DNA of 64,000 nt, taken from contig CAVXRD010000001.1 in assembly GCA_963764165.1 (NCBI GenBank), positions 416,001 to 480,000 on the forward strand, written 5' to 3'. The notes under the pieces are model-generated. The model saw nothing but the letters and a program-made list of their open reading frames with translations, searched no databases and was not told the origin of the DNA. Positions 49,357 to 59,134 of this stretch are shown here, piece by piece. The position numbers were made by a program, and so were the translations under genes. Each line of letters opens with the position of its first letter. Position 1 is the stretch's first letter. The DNA comes from an uncultured Verrucomicrobiae bacterium. Its GTDB lineage: Bacteria; Verrucomicrobiota; Verrucomicrobiia; Limisphaerales; Palsa-1400.

Positions 49357-51422
49357 ACCGGATTCTTATTGTTGACGATAAGGAGGAGAATCTTTATTAC
49401 CTCGAGGCTCTGCTGGCCGCCAGCGGCTACACGGTTGAATCCGCGCGCCACGGCGCCGAGGCGCTTGTCAAGGCGCGGCAGAACGCCCCGGATATTGTCA
49501 TCTCCGACCTGCTGATGCCGGTGATGGACGGCTACACGCTGCTGCGCCTTTGGAAGGCCGACGCGCGGTTGAAATCGGTGCCTTTTATTGTTTATACGGC
49601 CACCTACACTGATCCGGAGGACGAAAAACTGGCGTTGAGCCTGGGCGCGGATGCCTTCATTCTCAAGCCGTCCGAGCCGGACGATTTTCTCGCCAAGCTG
49701 CGCCAGGCGGAGACCAACGCGGCCTCCACTCATCCCGCTCCGCCCAAGCGTCCCGAGGGTGGCGAAAAGGAGCTGCTCAAGGTTTACAGCGAAACGCTCA
49801 TCCGCAAGCTCGAGGAAAAGACGCTGCAATTGGAGGAAAGCAATCGCGCCCTGCAACTGGACATTGCGAAGAGGACGAAAGCGGAGGAGGAACTGCGCTG
49901 GAAGACGGCCTTCCTCGAGGCCCAAGTCGACTCGTCCCTCGACGGCATCCTGGTGGTTGACAGCGAGGGGAAGAAATTGCTCCAAAATCTGCGCATGATC
50001 GAGTTGTGGAAAATCCCGCCCCCCATCGCCGAGAACAAGGATGATGCCGCGCAAATCGCCTACGTCACCAGCCAGACGCGGAACCCCGCTGCGTTCGCCG
50101 AAAAGGTCGCCTACTTGAATTCCAATTCCAACGAAGTGAGCCAGGACGAAATTGAACTTTTGGACGGCACAATATTAGACCGGTATTCCTCCCCGGTGCG
50201 CGACAAGGGCGGGAATTATTATGGGCGAATCTGGGTCTTTCGCGACGTGACCCGCCATCGCAAACTGGAAGACCAATTGCGCCAGTCGCAAAAAATGGAG
50301 GCCTTCGGGCAATTGGCCAGCGGTGTGGCCCACGACTTCAATAACATCCTGATGGTGATCCAGATGCAGGCGGAATTTTTGAAAATGGCGGAAAATCTGT
50401 CGTTGAAGCAGCTCGATTGCGCGGACGAAATTGTCAAGGCGACCGGGCGAGCCGCCAATCTCACCCGGCAACTGATGCTCTTCAGCCGCAAGCAAGCGAT
50501 GCAGCCCCAGGACGTCCGGCTGAGGGACGTTCTCGAGAGCATGACCAAAATTTTGCATCGCACGCTCGGCGAGCACATTCACCTGCACTTCAAGTTCGCC
50601 CCCGAGCCTTTGTATGTTCATGCGGACTCCAGCATGATTGACCAGGTTCTGCTCAACCTCGCGGTCAATGCCCGCGACGCCATGCCGAAGGGTGGCGACA
50701 TGACGATCGAAGTCTCCGCGTCCGAATTTGATGAGGTCTCCGCCATTCAAGACTCGCAAATTCGGCCTGGCTCATTTGTCTGCTTGAGCGTCACGGACAC
50801 CGGCTGCGGCATCCCGCCGGAAATTCTGCCGCGCATTTTTGAGCCGTTTTTCACCACCAAGGAAGTCGGCAAGGGCACGGGGCTTGGCTTGGCCACGGTC
50901 TTCGGCATCGTCCAGCAGCACAAAGGCTGGATTTATGTTTACAGCGTGGTGGGCAAGGGAACTGCTTTCCGGGTTTATTTTCCGCGCGTGCAGAAGATTT
51001 CCGACGACAAGCCCGCCGTTTCCTCCCGATTTCCCGTGCGCGGCGGCCATGAGACCATTCTGGTCGTGGAGGACGATCCAGCCGTTCGTTTGACAGTCAC
51101 GACGACTCTTTCGCGGCTCGGCTATCATTTGCTGGAAGCGTCGTCCGTCGCCGAGGCGCTTGAAGTCTGGGAGGAGCATCGCGCCGAGATTGCGCTGGTT
51201 TTGACAGACCTCATCATGCCCGGCGGGATGACTGGGAAGGATTTGGCGGAAAAGATCGCCGCCCGGGGCGCGAAGCAGAAATTTATTTTTGCCAGCGGCT
51301 ATAGCGCGGACATCACGGGCGATGATTTTGTCCTGGAGGAAGGCGTCAATTTCCTGGCCAAACCCTTCGACGCGATTCAACTGGCGCAGACGATCCGGAA
51401 TCAGTTGGATCGGCGCTCATGA
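49353..51422 (+). CDS. Hybrid sensor kinase/response regulator (REC-PAS-HisKA-HATPase-REC)
   Basis: [56 protein letters not shown]. Confidence 0.95.
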   Translation: MNRILIVDDKEENLYYLEALLAASGYTVESARHGAEALVKARQNAPDIVISDLLMPVMDGYTLLRLWKADARLKSVPFIVYTATYTDPEDEKLALSLGADAFILKPSEPDDFLAKLRQAETNAASTHPAPPKRPEGGEKELLKVYSETLIRKLEEKTLQLEESNRALQLDIAKRTKAEEELRWKTAFLEAQVDSSLDGILVVDSEGKKLLQNLRMIELWKIPPPIAENKDDAAQIAYVTSQTRNPAAFAEKVAYLNSNSNEVSQDEIELLDGTILDRYSSPVRDKGGNYYGRIWVFRDVTRHRKLEDQLRQSQKMEAFGQLASGVAHDFNNILMVIQMQAEFLKMAENLSLKQLDCADEIVKATGRAANLTRQLMLFSRKQAMQPQDVRLRDVLESMTKILHRTLGEHIHLHFKFAPEPLYVHADSSMIDQVLLNLAVNARDAMPKGGDMTIEVSASEFDEVSAIQDSQIRPGSFVCLSVTDTGCGIPPEILPRIFEPFFTTKEVGKGTGLGLATVFGIVQQHKGWIYVYSVVGKGTAFRVYFPRVQKISDDKPAVSSRFPVRGGHETILVVEDDPAVRLTVTTTLSRLGYHLLEASSVAEALEVWEEHRAEIALVLTDLIMPGGMTGKDLAEKIAARGAKQKFIFASGYSADITGDDFVLEEGVNFLAKPFDAIQLAQTIRNQLDRRS

Positions 51423-52259
51423 TTTTATGTCGCGCACCTGGAAGGCGACGCAGCCGATAATGATAAGCGTGAAATTGTAGCCGCACAAAATGCTGAGGGA
51501 TTCGAATATCTCCGACCACGGAATGCGCTGGTCGAAGATTTTCATCCAGCAATCCATGTGATGCGTGAAAAACCAGTCTTTCAAATCGTGGAACACTGGC
51601 ATGTCCTGGACGACCCTGCTTGTCAATACGAACGATATCGCAAGGATGGTCGCGGCCGCCGGCTTCACGTTGAAGCACGAAAACATCAGCGCCCATCCCA
51701 TCGTCGTGGCGGCGCCGACCGTCATCATCAAAATGGCAACGACGAAGCGCCCCCAGCCTTCGCCAGCTTCGTAAACACCGAAAATGTTGTCGGGCGGGAA
51801 ATAAACGAACAGTCCACCGGTCGGAAACAAGCAGGACGCCACCGCGACGCTGATGACGCCGAGTGAAAAGGCCAGCATGAACGAAAAGATCAGGCCCGCC
51901 ATCCATTTCACCATCGCCAGCCGGAATCGCGAGATGGGGCGTGAGAGTATCATGCGCAATGTGCCATCTTCCGCCTCCTTCGCCAGAAGGTCGCCACCGA
52001 CGAGCGCCACGTAAATCGGCAGCAGCAGCAGCGCGATGGGAAAGAGCGAGGCCACGCACATCGTCAAGTTGGTGATGAACGGCGCGGGATCGTAGCCATT
52101 CAATTGCAGCATGAACGTCAAGTCGTGCCGCGGCCCCTTCGTGTAGCGCAACATCACGAGAATGAGAACCTCCGCCAGCAGGAACGCGCCGAACCCGATG
52201 TAGGTTCGTTTCTTCCCGAACATTTTCCGAAGCTCGTTGCGAAGTTGGAAGTAGAACAT
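51417..52259 (-). CDS. ABC-2 type transporter permease
   Basis: ELRKMF, GDLLAKEAEDGTLRMILSRPISR.....K, six TMs, terminal F..RDI. Confidence 0.9.
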   Translation of the reverse strand: MFYFQLRNELRKMFGKKRTYIGFGAFLLAEVLILVMLRYTKGPRHDLTFMLQLNGYDPAPFITNLTMCVASLFPIALLLLPIYVALVGGDLLAKEAEDGTLRMILSRPISRFRLAMVKWMAGLIFSFMLAFSLGVISVAVASCLFPTGGLFVYFPPDNIFGVYEAGEGWGRFVVAILMMTVGAATTMGWALMFSCFNVKPAAATILAISFVLTSRVVQDMPVFHDLKDWFFTHHMDCWMKIFDQRIPWSEIFESLSILCGYNFTLIIIGCVAFQVRDIKS

Positions 52260-52295
52260 TGGCTTACAAAATCACTCGAATCACAAACAAGGCTT

Positions 52296-52360
52296 GGCAG
52301 GGCGGGGCTCCCGCAGAGCCATTTGCGGAGGGGGTGGCTCGGCGTGAGCCTCGCCCGACC
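52296..52360. repeat. REP family 1 inverted doublet inside the ABC operon
   Basis: GGCAGGGCGGGGCTCCCGCAGAGCC (52296-52320) and GGCTCGGCGTGAGCCTCGCCCGACC (52336-52360). Confidence 0.85.
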
Positions 52361-52388
52361 GGTCTCACACGTTGATTGGCGCACCCGG

Positions 52389-53276
52389 TCATTTCTTCAT
52401 CAACCCCAGGTAAAAGCTCTCCAGGGTTTCCTCCTCGGGGGCGATTTCAAAAACCGCATGCTTGCGCTCCACCAATCGTTCCACAATTTGATTCGTCGCA
52501 ACTCCGGGTGAAGGAAGGATGAACTGACCTTCGCGCTCATTGGCGATCATGTTCGACTCGCGGAGAATTTGGGTGGCTTCCACAAAATTCCCAGCCTTCA
52601 GCCGAATCCACCCGCCGCGAGAGCGCGTCTCGGAAATGCTGCCCTGGAAAACTTTGCGCCCTTGGTTCATCACCGCAATCGAATGGCAAACCTGCTCCAT
52701 CTCCGCCAGCAGATGTGACGAAACCAGAATCGTAAGACCCAGTTCGCGATGCAGCCGCTGAATGGTCAACCGCATTTCGTGGATGCCTTCGGGATCGAGT
52801 CCGTTGCTGGGCTCGTCAAGTATAAGCAGTTCCGGGTTGGGCAGCAGGGCCTGGCCGAGCGCGAGGCGCGCCTTCATGCCGTGCGAATAGGTTTGCACGC
52901 GGTCCTGAATGCGTTTGCCCAGCCCAACCCATTCCACGACCTCCTGGATGCGCGCCTTTGAGGTCGGCGCGGTATAGAAGCTGAGAATCTCGAGGTTTTT
53001 CCAGCCGCTTAATTCCGTGTAAAAGGCGGGCGCCTCAAAAATCGCGCCCACTCGTTGCAGCGCTTGGCGGCGGTCGCGCGTGATGTCATAACCGCAGACG
53101 GTGAGTTCGCCGGAAGTCGGCCAGACCTGTCCGAGCATCATGCCAATGGCGGTGCTTTTTCCCGCGCCGTTGTGGCCGAGCAGCCCGAAAATTTCGCCCT
53201 TGGGCACGGCGAGCGAAACATCAATGACCGCCGGCTTCCGCTTAAACGTTTTGCTGACGTTCCGCAATTCGATCAT
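52389..53276 (-). CDS. ABC transporter ATP-binding protein
   Basis: GHNGAGKST Walker A, YSHGM signature variant, LILDEP Walker B, VSSH. Confidence 0.95.
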   Translation of the reverse strand: MIELRNVSKTFKRKPAVIDVSLAVPKGEIFGLLGHNGAGKSTAIGMMLGQVWPTSGELTVCGYDITRDRRQALQRVGAIFEAPAFYTELSGWKNLEILSFYTAPTSKARIQEVVEWVGLGKRIQDRVQTYSHGMKARLALGQALLPNPELLILDEPSNGLDPEGIHEMRLTIQRLHRELGLTILVSSHLLAEMEQVCHSIAVMNQGRKVFQGSISETRSRGGWIRLKAGNFVEATQILRESNMIANEREGQFILPSPGVATNQIVERLVERKHAVFEIAPEEETLESFYLGLMKK

Positions 53277-53923
53277 TGCGCGCCTGGAAAGATGAGAAGG
53301 TTTTTGATGTGGCTGTCCGCGTAAAGATAGTTGACAGCGTGCTTCGAGCCGAGAAGGGAATGAAAACTCTGCTTGTCAAACACGACAGGGATTTTCGAAT
53401 TGCCGGGAGTCATGCCCATGACTTTCAGTTGGTTCGCGTTTTGCCCGTTGAGAAGATTGTTCCAGGAGTAACTCGAACCCGTTAGCTGGAAGATTTGCTG
53501 GTTGTCCGACGGGCAGCGCAGCACATTAGTCGAACCCAATTGCGGAGCCAGCACGACATCGATGGTCGCAAGATTCGTGTCCGCGTTGGTCAGCGGCATA
53601 TCGTACATGGTCGGCATGATGTTGTGGCTGTCGTCCACGTACATTTGAAGCGCGACACCTGTCTGGTGAAGGTTGCTTTGGCAGACCGCCGAATGGCCTG
53701 ATTCCTTGCCCCGGCCCATTGCGGGCAAAATCATCGCGGCAAGAAGTGCGATGATGGACATCACGACGAGCAATTCCACCAGTGTGAACGCCGAATAATT
53801 TGGCAGGGCGGGACTCCGTCGAGCCCTGAAATTCCGGGAGGTGTCGGTTGCGAAAAACGCATCAAATCCAGTCACGGCTCGACAGAGTCTCGCCCTGCCG
53901 AATTTATTATATAAACCACGCAT
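53273..53923 (-). CDS. Prepilin-type N-terminal cleavage/methylation protein with H-X9-DG-like C-terminus
   Basis: SA-FTLVELLVVMSIIALLAAMILP, C.SNLHQ.G.A..MY..D, CPSD, SY, H...NYLYADSH. Confidence 0.9.
   Translation of the reverse strand: MRGLYNKFGRARLCRAVTGFDAFFATDTSRNFRARRSPALPNYSAFTLVELLVVMSIIALLAAMILPAMGRGKESGHSAVCQSNLHQTGVALQMYVDDSHNIMPTMYDMPLTNADTNLATIDVVLAPQLGSTNVLRCPSDNQQIFQLTGSSYSWNNLLNGQNANQLKVMGMTPGNSKIPVVFDKQSFHSLLGSKHAVNYLYADSHIKNLLIFPGAQ
53802..53899. repeat. REP family 1 inverted doublet within the prepilin coding sequence
   Basis: GGCAGGGCGGGACTCCGTCGAGCCC (53802-53826) and CGGCTCGACAGAGTCTCGCCCTGCC (53875-53899). Confidence 0.87.
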
Positions 53924-54546
53924 TAATGCCCTCCCCGGAACAATCTCCCTGTCTCCATGTTCTTCTGGATTTCCTCCAAAAGCGGCGCAAGCTCAGCCTT
54001 CGTCTCGGCCGAACTGCTGCTGTAAACCGAGTTCAATCCGATGGTCGTCACCCGCTGCTGCAATTCCGGGCTTAGCACTGGCGGCGCATTGCTGCCAGAG
54101 GGGGCGTTGGTGGAATTGTCCGTGGGACTCTCCCGCTGTTCCCGAAGTCTTTTGACGGCGTCAGCAATGGCGCGCTGGCGTTTGTCCGCCGGCTGCTGTT
54201 CAAACGCTGTCAGCATCTGATGAAATCCCGACGGCAATGTTGCGTCGAGAAATTCGCCTTTCTCCGCTTCAGTCATCTCATCGAACCACGGCTCCCACAT
54301 GCGTTCGATGCGCGAGTGGTGGCGATCCTCCGCCGACAGGGCGTTGATTTTATCGGCCAGGCGGCGCAACGCTTTGGCGCGGTCGGCGGCGGACAATTTG
54401 GAGAGATCGGTGCTTTCGAGGTAGGCGCGCAGCTTCTCGGGCGTCATTTTGAAGCAACCCGCCAGGACGTAGCCGCCCAGTGCCAGCAGCCAAACGGCGG
54501 CAATGGCGGCTGCGGCCAATTTTAACGGCCGATAACGCGCGTTCAT
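53923..54546 (-). CDS. Membrane-anchored all-helical hypothetical protein
   Basis: N-terminal TM; recurring LSAADR / LSAEDR / MTEAEK / QPADKR helix-cap units; stop overlaps the next start (TAATG). Confidence 0.82.
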   Translation of the reverse strand: MNARYRPLKLAAAAIAAVWLLALGGYVLAGCFKMTPEKLRAYLESTDLSKLSAADRAKALRRLADKINALSAEDRHHSRIERMWEPWFDEMTEAEKGEFLDATLPSGFHQMLTAFEQQPADKRQRAIADAVKRLREQRESPTDNSTNAPSGSNAPPVLSPELQQRVTTIGLNSVYSSSSAETKAELAPLLEEIQKNMETGRLFRGGH

Positions 54547-54552
54547 GGCTCA

Positions 54553-54580
54553 AGTGTATTCGGCCTCGGGCGATTTGCAA
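54553..54580 (-). promoter_or_regulatory. Putative sigma70-type promoter, possibly giving a leaderless mRNA
   Basis: Minus strand TTGCAA-N16-TACACT, then 6 nt to ATG 54546. Confidence 0.55.
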
Positions 54581-54586
54581 CCCGTC

Positions 54587-54796
54587 TCACAACTCATCTT
54601 CCCGCTCGGTGTAGAATAACCGGTGGGCGCAGTCGTAATCCGCCTCATCGACGAGCACCTGGGTGGAACGGTTCAGGTCGCCGTCGTCGGGCGCGGAAGG
54701 ATCGGCCCATTGCTGGGTGGCGCCGATGCCGTGCTTTTCCAGCATGGCGACCATCAACTCAGCATTGACTAATGGGCCGGTGTAAAAGAGTTTCAT
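54587..54796 (-). CDS. DUF2007-like small protein
   Basis: 69 aa; AELMVAMLEKHGI and QVLVDEADYDCA pattern. Confidence 0.72.
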   Translation of the reverse strand: MKLFYTGPLVNAELMVAMLEKHGIGATQQWADPSAPDDGDLNRSTQVLVDEADYDCAHRLFYTEREDEL

Positions 54797-54882
54797 TCCC
54801 CTGTGCGGGCGGAGCTTGACCGAAACTTTTCCCGCGATAGTTGTTTAATGTTAAGCAATCGTATGATATGGAAGTTAGCCGC

Positions 54883-57800
54883 ATGCAGACGCTCTTGAAA
54901 AGCCCCAACGGAGGCGGGGCTGAATCCCGTTTCGCGAAAAAGGGGCGCGAGCGCTTTTTTGGCATGGGCTGGGGGCTGGTGGCGCTCCTGATGATTTGGC
55001 TGGGCGACGCGGTTCAGGCCCGGCAAATTTCGGAGTACAGGGATCTGATCGACGCCATTAATTCGAGCAACGTCATCACGGCTTTCGCCAGCAATGCCAC
55101 CATCAATCTGACCGCACCCGGGCAGACAATTCAGATCACGAAAAATGTCCAGATTGATGGCGGCTCGAATGGCGTTGTTATCGATGGCAACGGCAGTACA
55201 CGGATTTTCGACATCCACGCTGGTGTCACGCTGCGGCTTTACAACCTGCAGGTCATCAACGGCTCGGCCTCCATTGGGGGCGGGATTTTTAATTCAGGCA
55301 CCCTGATTATCAGCAACTGCCTGGTGGCGGGAAATTCCGCCACCAACGTTTCCGGCGCCAGCGGCGGCCCCAATACCACCGGCGGCGATGGCGGGAGCGG
55401 ATCCTCCGGCCAGCCCGCCTATGGCGGAGCCATCTACAGCCAGGGGCCGCTTTATATCTATAATTCGATTGTTGGCACCAACAGCGCGTTCGCGGGCAAC
55501 GGAGGCGCCGGCGGCGCGGGTTCGGCGCCGGGTTTCGGCAGCGCCTTTGGCGGGATCGGTGGAAACGGCGGCAGCGGCGGCAACGCTTACGGCGCGGCCA
55601 TCTACAGCACTAGCGGTCCCAATGTATTCGTTTACACTGAATTTTTTGACAACTCGTGCGCCGCGGGCTCTGGCGCGGGCGGCGGGGCGTCGGGCGGCGG
55701 GGCCTTTCCCGGCCCGGGCGGCGGTGGAGGGACGGGCGGTTCGGCCATCGGCGGGGCGGTCTTTGTCTCCGGATCGCTCTTCATGACGAATTGCGTTTTT
55801 TGGGGAAATACCGTGACCGGCGGCGCCAGCGGCGAGGATGACAGTGGCAATGGGGGGCAGTCGGGTGGTTCAGCGCAGGCGGGCGGTCTTTACGTTGCTT
55901 CCGGGACTTCTGAGGCCATCCTTCAAAACGACGAATTCTTCCAAAATACCTGCACTGGCGGCGCGGGCGGGGCAGGCACTGGAAGCCTGGACGGTTCTTC
56001 TGTATCTGGAGGCGGCGGCGGTTCTGTTGAGGGAGGTGGACTTGTAAGCGCCGCCTCCTTGATGACTCTTCGCTATTGCACCATAGCCAACAATTCTCTC
56101 AATGCCGGATCGGGAGGGGCTGGCAGTTCGAGCGCCGCCTCGTCTGGCAATGCCACCGGCTTTGATATTTTCGGAGCTGGCGGCGCCATCACTATAAAGG
56201 GATCGCTCATTTCGGGCGGCGGCAACGGTATTCCCAACACTGTTGGAGTCACCGACGCGGGCTACAATGTCAGCTCAGATTCAAGCATGGGGCGCCTCTA
56301 TTCTACGACCATTATCAACACTGATCCTCAGTTGGAGGGCGGCTTGGAAAACAATGGCGGGCCCGCCATCGGGCCCACTAATATTCTTGACGGCCCTGTT
56401 TTTGAAACAGTTGATGTTGTCCCCGACAGTGTGGCGGTCGGCTTTGAGCCAGGCGTGCCCGGCCTGACTTTTCCGGCGACCGATGCCGCGGGCTATCTCC
56501 GCAGCACTCCCACCACGGCTGGCGCCCTCGAGGGCAACCCCCTTACTCTTGACACCAACATTGGGGTGACCGTTTTGTCGCTTTCTGGAGATTCAACGAT
56601 CGGCGTTGGCGGGACGGTTACGCTGTCAGTCTCGGCCACCGCCACCGCCACCAATTACTCTATCGTTGACACGAACACGACCGGAACGAACAGCCTTGGC
56701 ACCAACGCCATCTCTACCAATACGATTACGACGACCGATGTTTCCAGCACCCTTGGGTATCAGTGGCAGCTAGGGGGGGTGAGCATATTTGACGGATCGA
56801 CGTATAGCGGAACCGCCACACCGAATTTGGAGATTAAGAATGCGGGCGGAGCGCAATCGGGGGAATACACCGTTGTGGTGAGCCCGTCCATGTTGGAAAC
56901 CGCCGCCACCAGCGCGCCAGTCACTGTGTCCGTCAAAGTTCCGCTGAAAATCACATCCGAACCCGCCAGCAAGAAAGTGCCTTACGGATCGGAAGCCAAG
57001 TTCACCGTCAAAGCAACCGGCTCACAGCCATTGGCCTACCAGTGGTATCAGCTTGCTCCGGATGGGGGCTCCAATATCTTAAGTGACGATGGCGTAAACA
57101 TCAGCGGAGCCACCGATGCGACGTTGCTGATCGAATCCGCCGTGACCAACGACACGGGCATCTTGACTAACGACGCCGGCAGTTACTTCGTCATTGTTTC
57201 TGACAAGTTTCACACGAACACCAGTTCCCGCGCCGCTCTTACCCTTGCTCCTGATAAGACAAAGCCATCGATCAAATTCGTTTCGCCCGCCTCCGGAGCG
57301 CGCGCGACTAATTTCACCGTCACTGGCACCGCCACCGATAACGCGCAAGTGGCTTACGTCAATTATTGGATTACGAATGCCGGAGCCCCCCCCTACACGA
57401 ACGTGGCCACTCTTTCCACCAATAACACCACAACCAAGACGTGGACGGTGACCAACGGATTTTCGCCAGGGCTGAATTATCTGGAGGTGCAGGCGGTGGA
57501 TGAAAGCGGCCTCGCTTCGCCCATTGAGACTCGCAAGTTTTTCTTGCTAACAGCATCGACCCTGCACCTCACCAATGGTGCGCGCGGCACAGTCAAAGGG
57601 ACGGCATTGGTCAAGGGTGACACGGCGCCGACGAATGGCGCGGTGTTGATCGTCGGCGATAGTTACAAGCTGACCGCCACGCCCGACAAAGGCTACTTGC
57701 TAAGGCGTTGGATAACGAATGGCGAGTATGCCGGCAATTCCGCAACTCTCACCTTCGTCATGCAATCAAACTTGACGATTATCGACACGTTCGTCACCAA

Positions 57801-58803
57801 TCGCTTCGAGGAATACGGGACGTTTGGAACCTACAATGGCTTGTTCTCTGTCACCGACGAACCTTCCCCTGATAATTCTGGCATGGTGAAGAATTTGAAA
57901 CTTGGCCAAAGCGGAACGTTTACTGGCAGTCTTTTGCTGCATGGCCAAACATACGCCCTGGACGGGTTCTTTGGCGGGAACGGGCAGGCTAGCAATTACG
58001 TCAAACGCACGCACGCCCAAGGCGGTCCGCTGGTGCTGCAAATGACGAACGCAGTGGATAGCGCCATCATCACTGGCAGCGTATCTGATGAGCAATCCGG
58101 CTGGGTAGCGACGCTGGAGGCCGAAAAATCCATGGGAAGTTCGCCTTCAGCCGAATACACCATTCTATTGACACCGGATTCCACCAGCAACGCGGTGCCC
58201 GGAGATGGCTATTTCCTCGTCACCAACCACAATGGCAGCGTCACTCTAACCGGTGCGCTCGCCGACGGCACGGCCATCAGTCAATCGACCCCGCTTTCAT
58301 TTTTGGGAAATGTGCCAGTCTTCTCGGACACAATATATGGAGGCAAGGGTTTGCTCCAGGGCTGGATCAATCTTTCCAATGGAACAGTATTTGCGAATTC
58401 GATGACGTGGGTCAGGCCCGCTGCCAAGCCCGGGATTTACGCCGCCGGTTTCACCAACCTGCTGGACGTATCCGGCGCCGGCTGGACAAATGGCCTGTCC
58501 GCTGGGATCTCCGATACAAACGCGATGCTGGCGATTGATGATCCCAGCACCGGATTCACATTGCCGTATATTGCCGCCATCTCTGACAATGCTATTCTCC
58601 AATCTCCGGCAACTACGAATTACATCCCTAATTCGCTAAAGGGCACGATCGCTCCCAAGACAGGTTTGATGACAATCACCTTTGGAACGGGCGTTGGAAA
58701 ATCCACCATCGTTGGGCACGGTGTTCTCCTCCAAAACGGCACCAACGGCGGCGGTTATTTCGTCACGAAGACCAGCACGGGATCAATCTTGTTGACACCT
58801 TAA
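54883..58803 (+). CDS. Large secreted glycine-rich protein with Ig-like domains
   Basis: Signal peptide ending VQA; GG-rich GGAIYS/N..F..N beta-solenoid units, DPQL..L.NNGGP...DA.G..R...GA.E module, two YQW Ig domains, LTATPDKGY repeat; start uncertain (54841-54964). Confidence 0.85.
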   Translation: MQTLLKSPNGGGAESRFAKKGRERFFGMGWGLVALLMIWLGDAVQARQISEYRDLIDAINSSNVITAFASNATINLTAPGQTIQITKNVQIDGGSNGVVIDGNGSTRIFDIHAGVTLRLYNLQVINGSASIGGGIFNSGTLIISNCLVAGNSATNVSGASGGPNTTGGDGGSGSSGQPAYGGAIYSQGPLYIYNSIVGTNSAFAGNGGAGGAGSAPGFGSAFGGIGGNGGSGGNAYGAAIYSTSGPNVFVYTEFFDNSCAAGSGAGGGASGGGAFPGPGGGGGTGGSAIGGAVFVSGSLFMTNCVFWGNTVTGGASGEDDSGNGGQSGGSAQAGGLYVASGTSEAILQNDEFFQNTCTGGAGGAGTGSLDGSSVSGGGGGSVEGGGLVSAASLMTLRYCTIANNSLNAGSGGAGSSSAASSGNATGFDIFGAGGAITIKGSLISGGGNGIPNTVGVTDAGYNVSSDSSMGRLYSTTIINTDPQLEGGLENNGGPAIGPTNILDGPVFETVDVVPDSVAVGFEPGVPGLTFPATDAAGYLRSTPTTAGALEGNPLTLDTNIGVTVLSLSGDSTIGVGGTVTLSVSATATATNYSIVDTNTTGTNSLGTNAISTNTITTTDVSSTLGYQWQLGGVSIFDGSTYSGTATPNLEIKNAGGAQSGEYTVVVSPSMLETAATSAPVTVSVKVPLKITSEPASKKVPYGSEAKFTVKATGSQPLAYQWYQLAPDGGSNILSDDGVNISGATDATLLIESAVTNDTGILTNDAGSYFVIVSDKFHTNTSSRAALTLAPDKTKPSIKFVSPASGARATNFTVTGTATDNAQVAYVNYWITNAGAPPYTNVATLSTNNTTTKTWTVTNGFSPGLNYLEVQAVDESGLASPIETRKFFLLTASTLHLTNGARGTVKGTALVKGDTAPTNGAVLIVGDSYKLTATPDKGYLLRRWITNGEYAGNSATLTFVMQSNLTIIDTFVTNRFEEYGTFGTYNGLFSVTDEPSPDNSGMVKNLKLGQSGTFTGSLLLHGQTYALDGFFGGNGQASNYVKRTHAQGGPLVLQMTNAVDSAIITGSVSDEQSGWVATLEAEKSMGSSPSAEYTILLTPDSTSNAVPGDGYFLVTNHNGSVTLTGALADGTAISQSTPLSFLGNVPVFSDTIYGGKGLLQGWINLSNGTVFANSMTWVRPAAKPGIYAAGFTNLLDVSGAGWTNGLSAGISDTNAMLAIDDPSTGFTLPYIAAISDNAILQSPATTNYIPNSLKGTIAPKTGLMTITFGTGVGKSTIVGHGVLLQNGTNGGGYFVTKTSTGSILLTP

Positions 58804-58815
58804 TGGAAAGCTAAA

Positions 58816-58848
58816 AGGCAGGGACGCCTCGGCGAGGCGTCCCTGCCT
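58816..58848. repeat. REP family 2 fully palindromic copy, likely terminator or 3' stabiliser
   Basis: AGGCAGGGACGCCTC-GGC-GAGGCGTCCCTGCCT, 12 nt after the stop. Confidence 0.85.
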
Positions 58849-58870
58849 CGGAATCTAGATGCGTCTGCCC

Positions 58871-58895
58871 TGCCCGGCAGAAGCCTCGCCCTTCC
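58871..58895 (-). repeat. Degenerate REP family 1 copy
   Basis: Reverse complement GGAAGGGCGAGGCTTCTGCCGGGCA. Confidence 0.65.
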
Positions 58896-59000
58896 CCTGC
58901 CCTGGTAAAAATTTAAAGGAAGGGGATCTCATAAATTTTCAAGCCTGCCCTGTTAAACGGGGATCCCAACTTGTCCCGGCGCCCAAAACAAAAACATTCG

Positions 59001-59084
59001 AACAGGAGAAAGACCGGGGGCGCAGAGATGAAGACCATTCGGGGAAAGGGCATTTTTCTCTGCGCTCTCGGTTTTCCTCCTGTT
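59001..59084. repeat. Palindromic element with purine-rich arms ending GCGCAGAG
   Basis: AACAGGAGAAAGACCGGGGGCGCAGAGA versus reverse complement of 59057-59084, 24/28 identical. Confidence 0.8.
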
Positions 59085-59134
59085 TAATTTCAAAGGCACT
59101 AGAGTTGACTCTGATACCGCCGCGTCCTGGCAAT

